64,000 nt of DNA, from positions 1 through 64,000 of IMG/VR virus record IMGVR_UViG_3300032330_001742; one strand, 5' to 3'. The DNA is from a virus. Its lineage: Duplodnaviria > Caudoviricetes. The translations under genes were made by a program, and so were the position numbers. Shown in pieces: positions 20,976 to 31,653 of the stretch. Positions within the stretch are counted from its first letter, which is position 1; each line of letters starts with the position of its first letter. The notes beneath the pieces are model-generated. The model saw only the letters and a program-made list of their open reading frames with translations. It had not been told where the DNA came from and did not search any database.

Positions 20976-21179
20976 ATGGAAGAAACAAAGGTATCAGTTA
21001 CACTAGGATACACGCTTAATCTTGGCAATTTTCAATCTTTGAGACTTGATCTTGGAGTAATTGACAGCAAGCGAGATGGCGAAAATACAGACCAAGCGTT
21101 TGATCGTGTTTATAAGTTTGTTGAAGATAAACTTACAGCAAAGATTCAAGAAGCGCAGTCAGAGGCTGCTGAAGGATAA
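20976..21179 (+). CDS. Hypothetical protein
   Basis: ORF with AAGGGG SD. Confidence 0.6.
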   Translation: MEETKVSVTLGYTLNLGNFQSLRLDLGVIDSKRDGENTDQAFDRVYKFVEDKLTAKIQEAQSEAAEG

Positions 21180-21487
21180 TGGCAGAACGCAAAGACCGAA
21201 TGGCTTTGCTTTCACGCTACAGTAAGCACCATACTGCAAAGTATGAACAAAAGCCGTCTTTAAATTTAAACGTTGAGCAATGGTCAGCAGATGCACTTAT
21301 TGAATCTTATGGCATAGGTCAATGCTATGATTTACTAGAGCACTACTTTTCCGTGGCGCAGTCTCCATCTTGGAATTATTTTGCGTACAACACAGAAAAA
21401 ATTTTGCAAGCAAAAAAAGATAAAGAGCAAGACGATAAAGATAGGGCAGAGCGCCGACGAATGGCAAGGGAGTGGCTAAGTGAATAA
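21179..21487 (+). CDS. Hypothetical protein (possible helicase loader)
   Basis: Coupled directly upstream of dnaB; function inferred from position only. Confidence 0.45.
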   Translation: MAERKDRMALLSRYSKHHTAKYEQKPSLNLNVEQWSADALIESYGIGQCYDLLEHYFSVAQSPSWNYFAYNTEKILQAKKDKEQDDKDRAERRRMAREWLSE

Positions 21488-22700
21488 TACAGAAGCAAAA
21501 CTAATTACGGCTGTGCTTGAGGATAAGCAGGTTCATGTACTACTTCAAGCAAATGTAGATAACCTACTTAGAACTCATAATGATGTTTGGGAATTTATTC
21601 GTAACTACTTTGAGCATAACTCTGCAGTTCCTCCAGTATCTTTGGTTGTTGAAAAGTTTAGAGACTTTGATCCGATTGCTGGTGTTGGAGCAACAAAACA
21701 CCATTTAGAAGAACTACAGACAGAATATTTAAATGATAGTCTTAAAGATATCTTGCGTTCTGCTGCTGGAGATGTTCAGCAAGGCGAAGGCGCTAAGGCA
21801 TTAGATAGTTTGATTACACAAACCTCAGAATTAAAAAAGAATACTTCTGCAATTCGTGATATTGATGTTACTGACCTAGAGTCAGCAGTTGCTTATTTTG
21901 AAAATGTAAAAGAGCAGCAGGCTTTAGGCAAGATTGGTATTAAGACTAATCTTCCAGGATTTGATAACTATCTGCCAGCAGGAATAATGCCAGGACAGTT
22001 GGGTGTATTCCTTGCATATCCAGGTATTGGAAAGTCATGGATGGCTTTGTATTTTGCTGTACAGGCATGGAAGCAGGGCAAGACACCTTTGGTGATCTCA
22101 CTTGAAATGTCTGAGACCGAAGTACGTAATCGTGTATTTACTATTATGGGTGAAGGTCTTTGGTCACACAGAAAAATATCAAATGGTGAGATTGAATTAG
22201 ACATGCTTAAGTCATGGCATGCTAAGAATCTTCAGGGTAAGCCAGAGTTTCATATCATATCAAATGATCAGGGTGGAGAAATCAACCCTTCAGTTCTTCG
22301 TGGAAAGATTGATCAGTACAAACCAGACTTTGTAATCGTTGACTACCTTCAGTTGATGGCTCCTAATCAGAAGTCAGATAATGAAACGGTACGAATGAAG
22401 AACCTTTCAAGAGAACTTAAACTCATGGCTATTGGTGAAGAAGTGCCTATTATTGCTATCTCATCTGCTACACCAGACGATGTTAATGATCTATCAACTG
22501 TTCCTACACTTGGGCAGACAGCATGGTCAAGGCAAATTGCATATGATGCAGACTGGGTTATTGCTCTTGGACGTGGTGCAAATAGCGATATTATTGAGTG
22601 TGCTTTTAGAAAAAATCGTCATGGTTTTATGGGCGATTTTCTTGTACAGGTAGACTTTGATAAGGGATACTACAGATATAAAGATTTTGAAGATAAGTAG
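21480..22700 (+). CDS. dnaB: DnaB-like replicative helicase
   Basis: AYPGIGKS Walker A, SLEMS, VIVDYLQLM, YDADWVI. Confidence 0.92.
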   Translation: MNNTEAKLITAVLEDKQVHVLLQANVDNLLRTHNDVWEFIRNYFEHNSAVPPVSLVVEKFRDFDPIAGVGATKHHLEELQTEYLNDSLKDILRSAAGDVQQGEGAKALDSLITQTSELKKNTSAIRDIDVTDLESAVAYFENVKEQQALGKIGIKTNLPGFDNYLPAGIMPGQLGVFLAYPGIGKSWMALYFAVQAWKQGKTPLVISLEMSETEVRNRVFTIMGEGLWSHRKISNGEIELDMLKSWHAKNLQGKPEFHIISNDQGGEINPSVLRGKIDQYKPDFVIVDYLQLMAPNQKSDNETVRMKNLSRELKLMAIGEEVPIIAISSATPDDVNDLSTVPTLGQTAWSRQIAYDADWVIALGRGANSDIIECAFRKNRHGFMGDFLVQVDFDKGYYRYKDFEDK

Positions 22701-22712
22701 TTATAATATGAT

Positions 22713-23039
22713 ATGTCCAATTTTCATCACAAGACTATCAAAAGGTTTACCCTTAACGGTATAATCCAAGATGAGTCTGCTCTGGGAAGGCTAAAAAATG
22801 AGTATGCTAGACTGCTTACATCAGAAATGCGCCTATCTGGATACGTGCCAAGAATTGACATTGACGTAGATTTTACAATAGACTATAATGAAGTAAAGAA
22901 CTATTTTGAATTTGAGATATCATTACATGGAGTATACGCAGGGAGAAAGAAGAGCGAATGGATATTAGGGATAGACGTAAACAAGCCAATCTATATACAA
23001 AAGAGCAAATTAAAAGAGTCGTTACGGGCTCAGGTATAA
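22713..23039 (+). CDS. Hypothetical protein
   Basis: ORF with TATAAT just upstream. Confidence 0.55.
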   Translation: MSNFHHKTIKRFTLNGIIQDESALGRLKNEYARLLTSEMRLSGYVPRIDIDVDFTIDYNEVKNYFEFEISLHGVYAGRKKSEWILGIDVNKPIYIQKSKLKESLRAQV

Positions 23040-23902
23040 CAGTTGAATCTGAAGTAGACTCTGATTACATAATCTTTTGCCCATTCCATAATAATAATCG
23101 TACCCCTGCTGGAGAAATTGATAAGAATAATGGAACTTTCTTTTGTTTTTCATGCCATCATATTGCTGATCTTGTTGAGTTTGTTATGCATACTTCAGGA
23201 AGAACCTACTTTGAGTCAGTTCGTTTTATCAAAGGCAAAGAAACAGAGCAAGATCTAGAACGTGATATTAATCAGAAGTTGGTAGTTAAACCAGAGTTTA
23301 CTCCTTTTGATGAATTGATTTTAAAAAGATTAAATAATAACTTGCTATCTTCTGATAGAGCAAAAGATTACTTCAAGTATCGTAAAATTGAGTTGACATC
23401 TTGGTCAAAGTTTGCTTTGGGATATTCTGAAAAACAAGACATGGTTACAGTTCCAGTGCATAGTCCAGATGGAATGCCAGTAGGATTTGTTGGTAGGTCA
23501 ATCGAAGGCAAAGAGTTTAAAAATACTCCAGGTTTGCCAAAAGCAAAGACATTGTTTAATCTTAATCGTGTTAAAACAGCAGATAAGGTATATGTGGTAG
23601 AATCATCATTCGATGCAATTAGACTTGATCAAGTAGGATTACCAGCAGTTGCAACACTTGGGTCTAATGTATCTAACCTACAAATAGAATTGCTTCAAAA
23701 GTATTTTAATAACATTATTGTTATTGCTGATAATGATGAGGCAGGAGGAAACATGAAAGATAAGATAATTGAAAAACTTGGATCTCGTGTTTCTGTTATA
23801 CAACTAAATAAACAATATAAAGACATAGGTGATATGTTGGATGAAGATATCAAGCAATTGGAAGTTTCATTTGACAAAGACATCATCTCTATGCTAAACT
23901 AA
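22958..23902 (+). CDS. dnaG: DNA primase (CHC2 Zn finger + TOPRIM)
   Basis: CPFH..CFSC; VVESSFDA; ADNDEAG. Confidence 0.92.
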   Translation: MDIRDRRKQANLYTKEQIKRVVTGSGITVESEVDSDYIIFCPFHNNNRTPAGEIDKNNGTFFCFSCHHIADLVEFVMHTSGRTYFESVRFIKGKETEQDLERDINQKLVVKPEFTPFDELILKRLNNNLLSSDRAKDYFKYRKIELTSWSKFALGYSEKQDMVTVPVHSPDGMPVGFVGRSIEGKEFKNTPGLPKAKTLFNLNRVKTADKVYVVESSFDAIRLDQVGLPAVATLGSNVSNLQIELLQKYFNNIIVIADNDEAGGNMKDKIIEKLGSRVSVIQLNKQYKDIGDMLDEDIKQLEVSFDKDIISMLN

Positions 23903-23927
23903 TATAACAACACAAAAGGAGAAATAT

Positions 23928-24581
23928 ATGAGCGTAATTAAGGGATTAAAAGATATCAACGCCCTGCTCGAAAAGCCAAAGTATGAAGGAACAGGACAAA
24001 AGGTTCGTTGGGTTAAACTTGCGGACGGTCAATCAGCAAAGGTTCGTTTTGTTGAAGAACTAGATGCTGACTCAGCAAACTATTCAGAGGCCCGTGGCCT
24101 TTCTGTAGTAGTTTCAGAACACACAAATCCAAAGGATTACAAGCGCAAGGCTGCGTGTACTCAGGACTCTGAAGGACGTTGCTTTGGATGCGAGATGGCA
24201 CGTAAGGAACCAAAGTCAGGATGGAGAGCACGTTTGCGCTTCTATTGCAACGTTCTTATGAATGACGGACTTGAAGATCCATACATTGCTGTTTGGTCAC
24301 AAGGAATTTCTAAGCAATCAGCATTTAACAATATTCGTGAATATGCACTTGATACAGGTAGCATTTCAAATCTTGAGTGGAAGTTGAAGCGTAATGGACA
24401 GGGAACTGAAACCAATTACACACTTCTACCATCAAAGCCAGATGCAGAACCATTTGCATGGGATGGCTTTGAATTCTTCAACCTAGAAAAGGTTGTTCGT
24501 GAGGTTCCATATCCAGAGCAAGAAGCATTCTACTTTGGATTTGACACACCTTCTGTTACCAGCACAAACATCGACTGGTAA
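23928..24581 (+). CDS. Single-stranded DNA-binding protein (gp32-like)
   Basis: Zn-binding H/C residues, KRNGQGTETNY, acidic aromatic C-terminus, position before polymerase. Confidence 0.7.
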   Translation: MSVIKGLKDINALLEKPKYEGTGQKVRWVKLADGQSAKVRFVEELDADSANYSEARGLSVVVSEHTNPKDYKRKAACTQDSEGRCFGCEMARKEPKSGWRARLRFYCNVLMNDGLEDPYIAVWSQGISKQSAFNNIREYALDTGSISNLEWKLKRNGQGTETNYTLLPSKPDAEPFAWDGFEFFNLEKVVREVPYPEQEAFYFGFDTPSVTSTNIDW

Positions 24582-24584
24582 TAG

Positions 24585-27500
24585 ATGTCTTACGTAGGCT
24601 TACACGTACATACTCACTACTCGTTATTTGACGGGATTGCTACTCCAGAAGAATACATTGACCGTGCAGTTGAGTTAGGGATGCCAGCAATTGCCATCAC
24701 TGACCACGGTACTTTATCTGGGCATAGGGAACTGCACCGTATTGCAAAAGCAAAGGGTATTAAGCCTATACTTGGCGTAGAAGGCTATATGTGTCAAGAT
24801 AGATTCGACACTAGAGATAAGTCTGAAAGAGACGGAGATCTAGATCTAGTCTACAACCATATAGTCCTTCTTGCCAAGAACCAAATTGGTTTGGAAAATC
24901 TTAACAAGATTAACGAGATTGCATGGACAGAGGGTTACTTCAAGAAGCCAAGGTTTGACTTTGAGATTCTTGAGAAGTATGCAGAAGGTATTATTGTTAC
25001 CTCTGCTTGCCCAAGTAGCGTACTTGTTAAGGCACTTGAGAATAATGAGTTTGCTATTGCCAAGAAGCATATCGAATGGTTTAAGCGAGTCTTCAACGAT
25101 GACTATTACATTGAGGTAATGCCACATAACCCTGCTGAAATCAACAAACAGTTAATTGATTTGGCAGATGAGTTTGGCGTAAAGGTTGTTGTTACACCAG
25201 ACTGCCACCATAGCCATACAGATCAAAAAGAAATTCAAGAGTTTAAACTTCTTCTTAATACACACGTCAAGATTGACAAAGAGCATACATTCGAAAAGTC
25301 TAAGAAGTACAAAGACATGATGGAGCGTTTGGACTATCTCTATGGACATGATCGTCAGATAACATTCAATGAGTTTGATATCCATCTTCTTTCTTATGAA
25401 GAGATGAAGTCTGCAATGGAAGCACAGGGTATTGATCGTGCAGACATTTACTCAAATACGCTTGGGGTTGCAGAGAAGGTTGGAGATTACGGCATTCAGG
25501 AAGGCATGGATCTACTTCCAGTACAGTACAAGAACCCAGATAAAGAATTAAAGGAGTTGGCTCTAGAAGGATTAAAGGAGCGAGGCTTTGAGGGTAATCA
25601 GGAATATCTAGATAGATTAGATGAAGAATTGCAAGTTATTAAAGATAAAAAATTTGGACCGTACTTCCTTGTAGTTAGAAACATGATTACATGGGCTAAG
25701 AAGGAAGGGATTATGGTAGGTCCAGGTCGTGGATCTGCTGCAGGTTCATTGCTTTGTTATGTTCTACAAATTACAGACATTGATCCAATCAAACACAAAC
25801 TTTTGTTCTTCCGTTTTATTAACCCAGAACGAAATGACTTCCCAGATATTGATACAGACATTCAGGATTCACGTCGTGAAGAAGTAAAAGATTATCTAGT
25901 TAGACAGTATCGACATGTAGCATCAATTGCAACATTCCTTTCATTTAAGGACAAGGGTGTTGTTAGAGATGTTTCAAGAGTATTAAATATCCCCCTAACT
26001 GATGTTAACAAGGTTCTTAAACTAGTTGATACTTGGGATGAATATTGCACATCAAAAACAACACGGGAGTTCCGTGAGAAATATCCAGAGGTAGAAATTT
26101 ATGGCGAACAATTACGTGGTCGTATTAGAGGTACTGGCATTCATGCTGCTGGTGTTGTCACTAGTAAAGATCCTATTTTTAGGTACGCACCAATGGAGAC
26201 ACGTTCTTCTACTGGTAGCGATGAGCGTATTCCTGTTGTTGCAGTGGACATGGAAGAGGCTGAAAAGATTGGTCTCATCAAGATCGACGCACTTGGACTT
26301 AAAACTCTAAGTGTTGTAAAAGATGCTTTAGAGATTATCAGGGAGAGAGACGGCAAGTCAATTGATCCTTTGGATATCCCAATGGATGATGCCAACGTAT
26401 ACCAGATGCTATCTGACGGTTACACAAAGGGTGTATTCCAGTGTGAAGCAGCACCATATACAAACCTTCTTGTTAAGATGGGTGTTAAGAACCTATCAGA
26501 ACTAGCAGCATCAAATGCTTTAGTTCGACCAGGGGCTATGAATACAATTGGAAAAGACTACATTGAGCGCAAGCATGGTCGTCAAAATATTGGTTATACT
26601 CACCAAGTACTAAAAGAGTTTACGGAGGAAACCTATGGTTGTATTCTTTACCAGGAACAGGTTATGCAAGCATGCGTATCGCTTGGCGGTATGTCCATGT
26701 CGGAAGCAGATAAAGTTAGAAAAATCATTGGAAAGAAAAAAGACGCTAAAGAATTTGATGTATTTAAGGATAAGTTCGTTGAGGGTGCTTCACGTTTTGT
26801 TGCTCCTAATACTGCTCGTGATCTTTGGCATGACTTTGAGGCTCACGCAGGGTACTCATTCAACAAGTCACACGCAGTGGCATACTCAACACTATCTTAC
26901 TGGACAGCATGGTTAAAGTACCACTATCCACTAGAGTTTATGTACTCACTACTAAAAAATGAAAAGGACAAAGATGCGAGAACTGAATACCTTATTGAGG
27001 CAAAGCGAATGGGGATTAGCATTAAACTACCTCATATTAATGACTCAGATAGCGATTTTAAAATTGAGGGTAAGGGCATTAGGTTTGGTCTTACTGGCAT
27101 TAAGTATATTTCCGACAAAATTGCAGAGCGCTACATTGAAGCACGACCCTTTAATTCGTATGCTGAACTTGAGGAGTTTACTTTTACTAAAGGAAACGGA
27201 GTTAACAGCCGTGCTCTTCAAGCATTACGAATCATTGGTGCAGCGACATTTAATGATAATCCACGCAACGAACAAGAGATTAAAGAAAACCTCTACGAAT
27301 ATCTAAACCTTCCAGAGTTTAATATTACAGTGCCATCACATTACCACGCATTCATCAGTCCAATTGAGGACTATGAAGAAAAGGGATCATTCATCATGAT
27401 GGGTATGGTAAAGTCAATTAAGAGAGCAAAGGGTTGGTCACGAGTTGAGGTTTTAGATAAAACTGGCAGTGTTGGTATCTTTGATGATGAAAACACAACT

Positions 27501-27857
27501 ATCGAAGCAGGAACATCTTATATACTATTGGCTAATGACAATAGAATTATTTCTGCAATACCAGTAGATCAAATTAAAGGTTCTACAAGTGCAATGATAA
27601 AGTTTTTAAACTATAAGCAGTTGCCATTTAAAGATGAAGAAATGTTTGTGGTATCATTTAAACCTAGGATCACAAAGACAGGTAAAAAAATGGCTTCACT
27701 TACAGTTGCAGATACTGCAAGAAATCTGCATTCAATTACAGTATTCCCAACCTCATTTGCTAAAGCATATATGAAAATTGAAGAGGGTACTGCATACAAA
27801 TTTGATTTAGGAAAAACAAAAGACGGAACAGTTATATTGGAGGATATACATGCTTGA
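24585..27857 (+). CDS. dnaE: DNA polymerase III alpha subunit
   Basis: LHVHTHYSLFDG PHP domain, GPGRGSAAGS, PDIDTD, YSFNKSHAVAY. Confidence 0.97.
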   Translation: MSYVGLHVHTHYSLFDGIATPEEYIDRAVELGMPAIAITDHGTLSGHRELHRIAKAKGIKPILGVEGYMCQDRFDTRDKSERDGDLDLVYNHIVLLAKNQIGLENLNKINEIAWTEGYFKKPRFDFEILEKYAEGIIVTSACPSSVLVKALENNEFAIAKKHIEWFKRVFNDDYYIEVMPHNPAEINKQLIDLADEFGVKVVVTPDCHHSHTDQKEIQEFKLLLNTHVKIDKEHTFEKSKKYKDMMERLDYLYGHDRQITFNEFDIHLLSYEEMKSAMEAQGIDRADIYSNTLGVAEKVGDYGIQEGMDLLPVQYKNPDKELKELALEGLKERGFEGNQEYLDRLDEELQVIKDKKFGPYFLVVRNMITWAKKEGIMVGPGRGSAAGSLLCYVLQITDIDPIKHKLLFFRFINPERNDFPDIDTDIQDSRREEVKDYLVRQYRHVASIATFLSFKDKGVVRDVSRVLNIPLTDVNKVLKLVDTWDEYCTSKTTREFREKYPEVEIYGEQLRGRIRGTGIHAAGVVTSKDPIFRYAPMETRSSTGSDERIPVVAVDMEEAEKIGLIKIDALGLKTLSVVKDALEIIRERDGKSIDPLDIPMDDANVYQMLSDGYTKGVFQCEAAPYTNLLVKMGVKNLSELAASNALVRPGAMNTIGKDYIERKHGRQNIGYTHQVLKEFTEETYGCILYQEQVMQACVSLGGMSMSEADKVRKIIGKKKDAKEFDVFKDKFVEGASRFVAPNTARDLWHDFEAHAGYSFNKSHAVAYSTLSYWTAWLKYHYPLEFMYSLLKNEKDKDARTEYLIEAKRMGISIKLPHINDSDSDFKIEGKGIRFGLTGIKYISDKIAERYIEARPFNSYAELEEFTFTKGNGVNSRALQALRIIGAATFNDNPRNEQEIKENLYEYLNLPEFNITVPSHYHAFISPIEDYEEKGSFIMMGMVKSIKRAKGWSRVEVLDKTGSVGIFDDENTTIEAGTSYILLANDNRIISAIPVDQIKGSTSAMIKFLNYKQLPFKDEEMFVVSFKPRITKTGKKMASLTVADTARNLHSITVFPTSFAKAYMKIEEGTAYKFDLGKTKDGTVILEDIHA

Positions 27858-28167
27858 TGATTTAGCAATGCAACTACATGAGGTTGCAAAAGAAAAAGGG
27901 TTTTGGCCAGAAGAGGTAGATGATATCTTTATTGCCAAACAGTGCATGATGATTGTTTCAGAAGTTACAGAAACAATGGAAGCAATTAGAAAAGATAAAG
28001 GTGAAGAAGAAATTACCAAAGAGGTTGCAGACATTTTGATTCGCACACTTGATCTTTATGCAGGATTGGTTGAATCAGGTTATACAAAGTTGTCTCTAGA
28101 TTATTCACTAGAAGAAAAAACTAAATTTAATAAAACTAGACCAGAGAAGCACGGAGTTAGATTCTAA
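27850..28167 (+). CDS. MazG-like NTP pyrophosphohydrolase
   Basis: SEVTETMEA...KEVADILIR. Confidence 0.8.
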   Translation: MLDDLAMQLHEVAKEKGFWPEEVDDIFIAKQCMMIVSEVTETMEAIRKDKGEEEITKEVADILIRTLDLYAGLVESGYTKLSLDYSLEEKTKFNKTRPEKHGVRF

Positions 28168-29180
28168 TGTCAGTAACTGTAGAAGAAGTCTTGGCTAATC
28201 TAAATCCAAAGTTGCGTAAAAATATTATGTCTGGCGATGAAATGCCAAAAACAGAATATGCAAAGACCCCTAGTTTTGGTTTAAACCGTGCCTTAAACGG
28301 TGGTCTTCCATATGGCAGACAAGTTCTCATATGGGGCTCAAAGTCTTCTGCTAAGTCCTCTCTATGCCTTCAGATGATAGGTCTAGCACAGAAAGAGGGA
28401 AAGATTTGTGCGTGGATTGATGCTGAGATGTCTTATGATCAAGAATGGGCAGAACGCCTAGGTGTTGATACATCAAAGTTAATTGTATCCAGAGCAAGAA
28501 CAATCAACGAAATGGTTGATGTGGGTGTACAATTAATGGAAGCAGGTGTGGATATGATCGTAGTAGATTCTGTTACATCGCTTCTACCAGCAATTTATTT
28601 TGAGAAGGACTCTGATGAACTCAAACAACTTGAAAATACTAAACAAATTGGTGCAGAGTCAAGAGACTTTAGCAATGCTTGGAAGATGCTTAACTATGCT
28701 AATAATAAAGTTAAGCCTACTCTTCTTGTTCTTATTTCTCAGTCTCGCAATAATATTAATGCTATGTATACTAGCCAGCAGCCTACTGGTGGTCAGGCTA
28801 CTAAGTTTTATTCCTCTACAGTTATTAAGTTATTTTCGTCAGAATCAGACAATCAAGCCTTGAAAGGAAAAATTAATGTTGGTGACAAACTTATTGAAGA
28901 AAAAGTTGGTAGAGAGGTTAGATGGGAACTCCAGTTTTCTAAAACTTCTGCTGGCTTTCAGTCTGGCAAGTATGATTTCTATTTTAGAGGCGATAACGTG
29001 GGCATTGATTCTATCGGTGATCTTTCTGACACTGCTGAATCATTGGGCATAATCAATCGCACAGGTGCATGGTATCAACTAGAAGATGGAACAAAAGTAC
29101 AGGGTAGAGAAGGTTTTATTAATAGACTAAGAGAGGACCTTGATCTTCAAGAAACGATTAAGAATAAAATAGATGGCTAG
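28167..29180 (+). CDS. recA: RecA-like recombinase
   Basis: GGLPYGR, WIDAE, VVDSV, GGQATKFYSS, GAWY. Confidence 0.92.
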   Translation: MSVTVEEVLANLNPKLRKNIMSGDEMPKTEYAKTPSFGLNRALNGGLPYGRQVLIWGSKSSAKSSLCLQMIGLAQKEGKICAWIDAEMSYDQEWAERLGVDTSKLIVSRARTINEMVDVGVQLMEAGVDMIVVDSVTSLLPAIYFEKDSDELKQLENTKQIGAESRDFSNAWKMLNYANNKVKPTLLVLISQSRNNINAMYTSQQPTGGQATKFYSSTVIKLFSSESDNQALKGKINVGDKLIEEKVGREVRWELQFSKTSAGFQSGKYDFYFRGDNVGIDSIGDLSDTAESLGIINRTGAWYQLEDGTKVQGREGFINRLREDLDLQETIKNKIDG

Positions 29181-29349
29181 TTATACAATTTATGCTGGAC
29201 AATTTTTATGTCAAGAATGTAAACAGGAAGTTAAAACTCTTAGACTTTATGCAGAAACACAAGAAGCAACATGGATGTGTAAAGATAAACATATAAGCAA
29301 AGTTTCTTTTGCAAATAAAAAGAAAAAGGACTATGAGCGAGAAAAATGA
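29173..29349 (+). CDS. Small Zn-ribbon protein (not in ORF track)
   Basis: MASYTIYAGQFLCQECKQ...WMCKDKHIS, 58 aa, overlaps both neighbours. Confidence 0.65.
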   Translation: MASYTIYAGQFLCQECKQEVKTLRLYAETQEATWMCKDKHISKVSFANKKKKDYEREK

Positions 29350-29623
29350 AAGCAAGCGCATTGGCGCTAAGCAGCATAAAAATTCTGGTAGAAATACACA
29401 CAAAGGCGATGCTACATGGAAAAACTTTACAGTAGACTTCAAAGAGTGTGGCAAATCTTTTGCATTAAATAAAGACGTATGGGCCAAAGCAGTTACTGAT
29501 GCAATTAAAAACGGAAATGATCCAATGATACTTCTTGTATTGGGCGATGGAAATTCTAAAGTCAGGTTAGCAATAACCGAGTTTGAAATTTTAGAACAGG
29601 TATTAGAAGATGGTATAATATAA
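29333..29623 (+). CDS. Hjc-like Holliday junction resolvase (PD-(D/E)XK)
   Basis: SGR..KGDA..VDFKE. Confidence 0.7.
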   Translation: MSEKNESKRIGAKQHKNSGRNTHKGDATWKNFTVDFKECGKSFALNKDVWAKAVTDAIKNGNDPMILLVLGDGNSKVRLAITEFEILEQVLEDGII

Positions 29624-29625
29624 TT

Positions 29626-30306
29626 ATGGAACAAGGAATAAAAGGCGCTGCCTACGATAAATATCAAGAGTTTAAGAAAAATCAAGGAGTAAAAATCTCA
29701 AACGAAGATTTTGAAACAAAAATTGTTTCTAATATTTTTGATGAAGATGACATCAAAGTCCTGTATGAAGCAGTAAATTCAACCCCAAAAGAAAATATAA
29801 AGGTTATGGAGTGGGGTGGACTACTTGCTTGGCATTGCCAACTACCCTCACAGATAGTAGATAAAATCAACATTGCAGTAAAAAGAGATCTTGGAGATCA
29901 TTTAATTTTGCGTAGAGATTATTCTTTTGCAAGATATACACAGCACACTGGATGGAAAAATAAATTGCATCCTCATTCAGATACTAGACCATCACAAAGA
30001 GTAACATTTGATATACAAATAAAAGCAGACGAAGAATGGGGTATTATTGTTGAAGATAAAACCTATCACCTTCAAGATGGTCAAGCACTTGTTTTTGCTG
30101 GAACCCAGCAGACACATTGGAGAGAAAAGAAAGACATTAAAAAAGATAGTGTTATAGATATGATCTTTTGTCATTTAGAATATGTAGATGATCTACCACA
30201 TGATGAAGATCAAGATCAGATTTTAGCGCCAAGACATCGATTCCTTTGTGAATTCTATGATTTACATGGTAATGATGTTCCTTATGATTTAATAGAAATG
30301 GAATAA
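29626..30306 (+). CDS. 2OG-Fe(II) oxygenase-like protein (array copy 1)
   Basis: LHPHSD...ALVFAGTQQTHWRE; leaderless promoter 29611. Confidence 0.7.
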   Translation: MEQGIKGAAYDKYQEFKKNQGVKISNEDFETKIVSNIFDEDDIKVLYEAVNSTPKENIKVMEWGGLLAWHCQLPSQIVDKINIAVKRDLGDHLILRRDYSFARYTQHTGWKNKLHPHSDTRPSQRVTFDIQIKADEEWGIIVEDKTYHLQDGQALVFAGTQQTHWREKKDIKKDSVIDMIFCHLEYVDDLPHDEDQDQILAPRHRFLCEFYDLHGNDVPYDLIEME

Positions 30307-30308
30307 CA

Positions 30309-30923
30309 ATGAATAAAGAAGCACTAAATGTTGTAGTAGAAAATGTTTTTACACCAGAAGAAATTAACTTAATTTATAAAGCAGTTCAAAATAACTCTGG
30401 ACATGAATTTATATCTCCACATGCTCAAGCAAACACATTTATTCAATTACCAGATTCTATATTAGAAAAAGTAACTGCAAAAGTTAGAGAATTATCTGGT
30501 AATGAAAACATTGTTATTACAGAATACTGTCATTCAAGATATGCTAATGTAACAAGTAACTGTGGTAAATTTCACTTCAAGCCATCCTTATTCCCACATT
30601 TTGATGAAACATTTAAAGAGCCAAGGTTTACATTTGATTACCAATTAAAATCAAATGTTGATTGGCCACTAGTTGTTGCTCCAGATAAAAAGTTTGTTTT
30701 AAAAGATAATCAGGCTCTCACATTTTCTGGAACACATCAGATTCATTGGAGAGATCCTCTACATTTTACAGATGACCAGTTTGTTGAGATGCTGTTCTTT
30801 CATTGCTCAGATCCTAATGGAGAAACTAAAACAGCAGAACTAAACGAAAGACTTAATGTTGAGGCAATTAGGTACAAGCATGACTTCTTTGCAAACGGGG
30901 GCTTTACTAATGACTCAGACTAA
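30309..30923 (+). CDS. 2OG-Fe(II) oxygenase-like protein (array copy 2)
   Basis: LFPHFD...ALTFSGTHQIHWRD. Confidence 0.7.
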   Translation: MNKEALNVVVENVFTPEEINLIYKAVQNNSGHEFISPHAQANTFIQLPDSILEKVTAKVRELSGNENIVITEYCHSRYANVTSNCGKFHFKPSLFPHFDETFKEPRFTFDYQLKSNVDWPLVVAPDKKFVLKDNQALTFSGTHQIHWRDPLHFTDDQFVEMLFFHCSDPNGETKTAELNERLNVEAIRYKHDFFANGGFTNDSD

Positions 30924-31653
30924 TGTTGGAACAATGCATAAGTTTTTAACTTCAATGGAAAAGTATAATGTTTCTGTTCCATTTTATGTTGATGATCTAT
31001 ATTCTGAAGAAGATTTAAAAGAACTTAGGTCTATTTGGGAAAAGGGAAGACAGTTAAAGCCAATAGCATACGGACCAAATGAAAAGCATGAACAAGAGCA
31101 GCCAGATAATATGACTAGGTATAGACCAAAACATATCAAAAATATGTCAAGACTTTTGTTAGAATTTGAAATGCCAAAACATATTGAAAATAAATTAGAC
31201 TTAGTAGCCAAACCAGTTTATGATGGAGATATTGCTATGTGTCATTACAACTATATTGAATATAATTTAAAATTTGGAGATGGGTCTGACCCAATTCTTC
31301 CACCGCATCTTGATGGAGATGAAAACTTGGTTACTCTGAATACAAATGTAGGAGGAAACATAGACTGGGATATTTATGTTGATGGGACTAGATATGAACT
31401 GCCAGTTGGTAAAACAATTGTTTTTTCTGCAATTAATCAGGTTCACTGGAGACCAAAAAGAAAATTTAAAGAGGGCGAGTTTTTAGAAATTCTTAGTGTA
31501 GATTATTGCCCTACAACAAACTATAGGTTTACTGGCCAACTAAATCCAATCGATGCCTTTTTGTTTCCAGAAGAACGCAAAAAGCATACGATGGAAGTTC
31601 AACAACATCCTAAAACAAAGATGGCTTGGGAACAATATGAGTCAAATAAATAA
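30910..31653 (+). CDS. 2OG-Fe(II) oxygenase-like protein (array copy 3)
   Basis: LPPHLD...IVFSAINQVHWRP. Confidence 0.7.
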   Translation: MTQTNVGTMHKFLTSMEKYNVSVPFYVDDLYSEEDLKELRSIWEKGRQLKPIAYGPNEKHEQEQPDNMTRYRPKHIKNMSRLLLEFEMPKHIENKLDLVAKPVYDGDIAMCHYNYIEYNLKFGDGSDPILPPHLDGDENLVTLNTNVGGNIDWDIYVDGTRYELPVGKTIVFSAINQVHWRPKRKFKEGEFLEILSVDYCPTTNYRFTGQLNPIDAFLFPEERKKHTMEVQQHPKTKMAWEQYESNK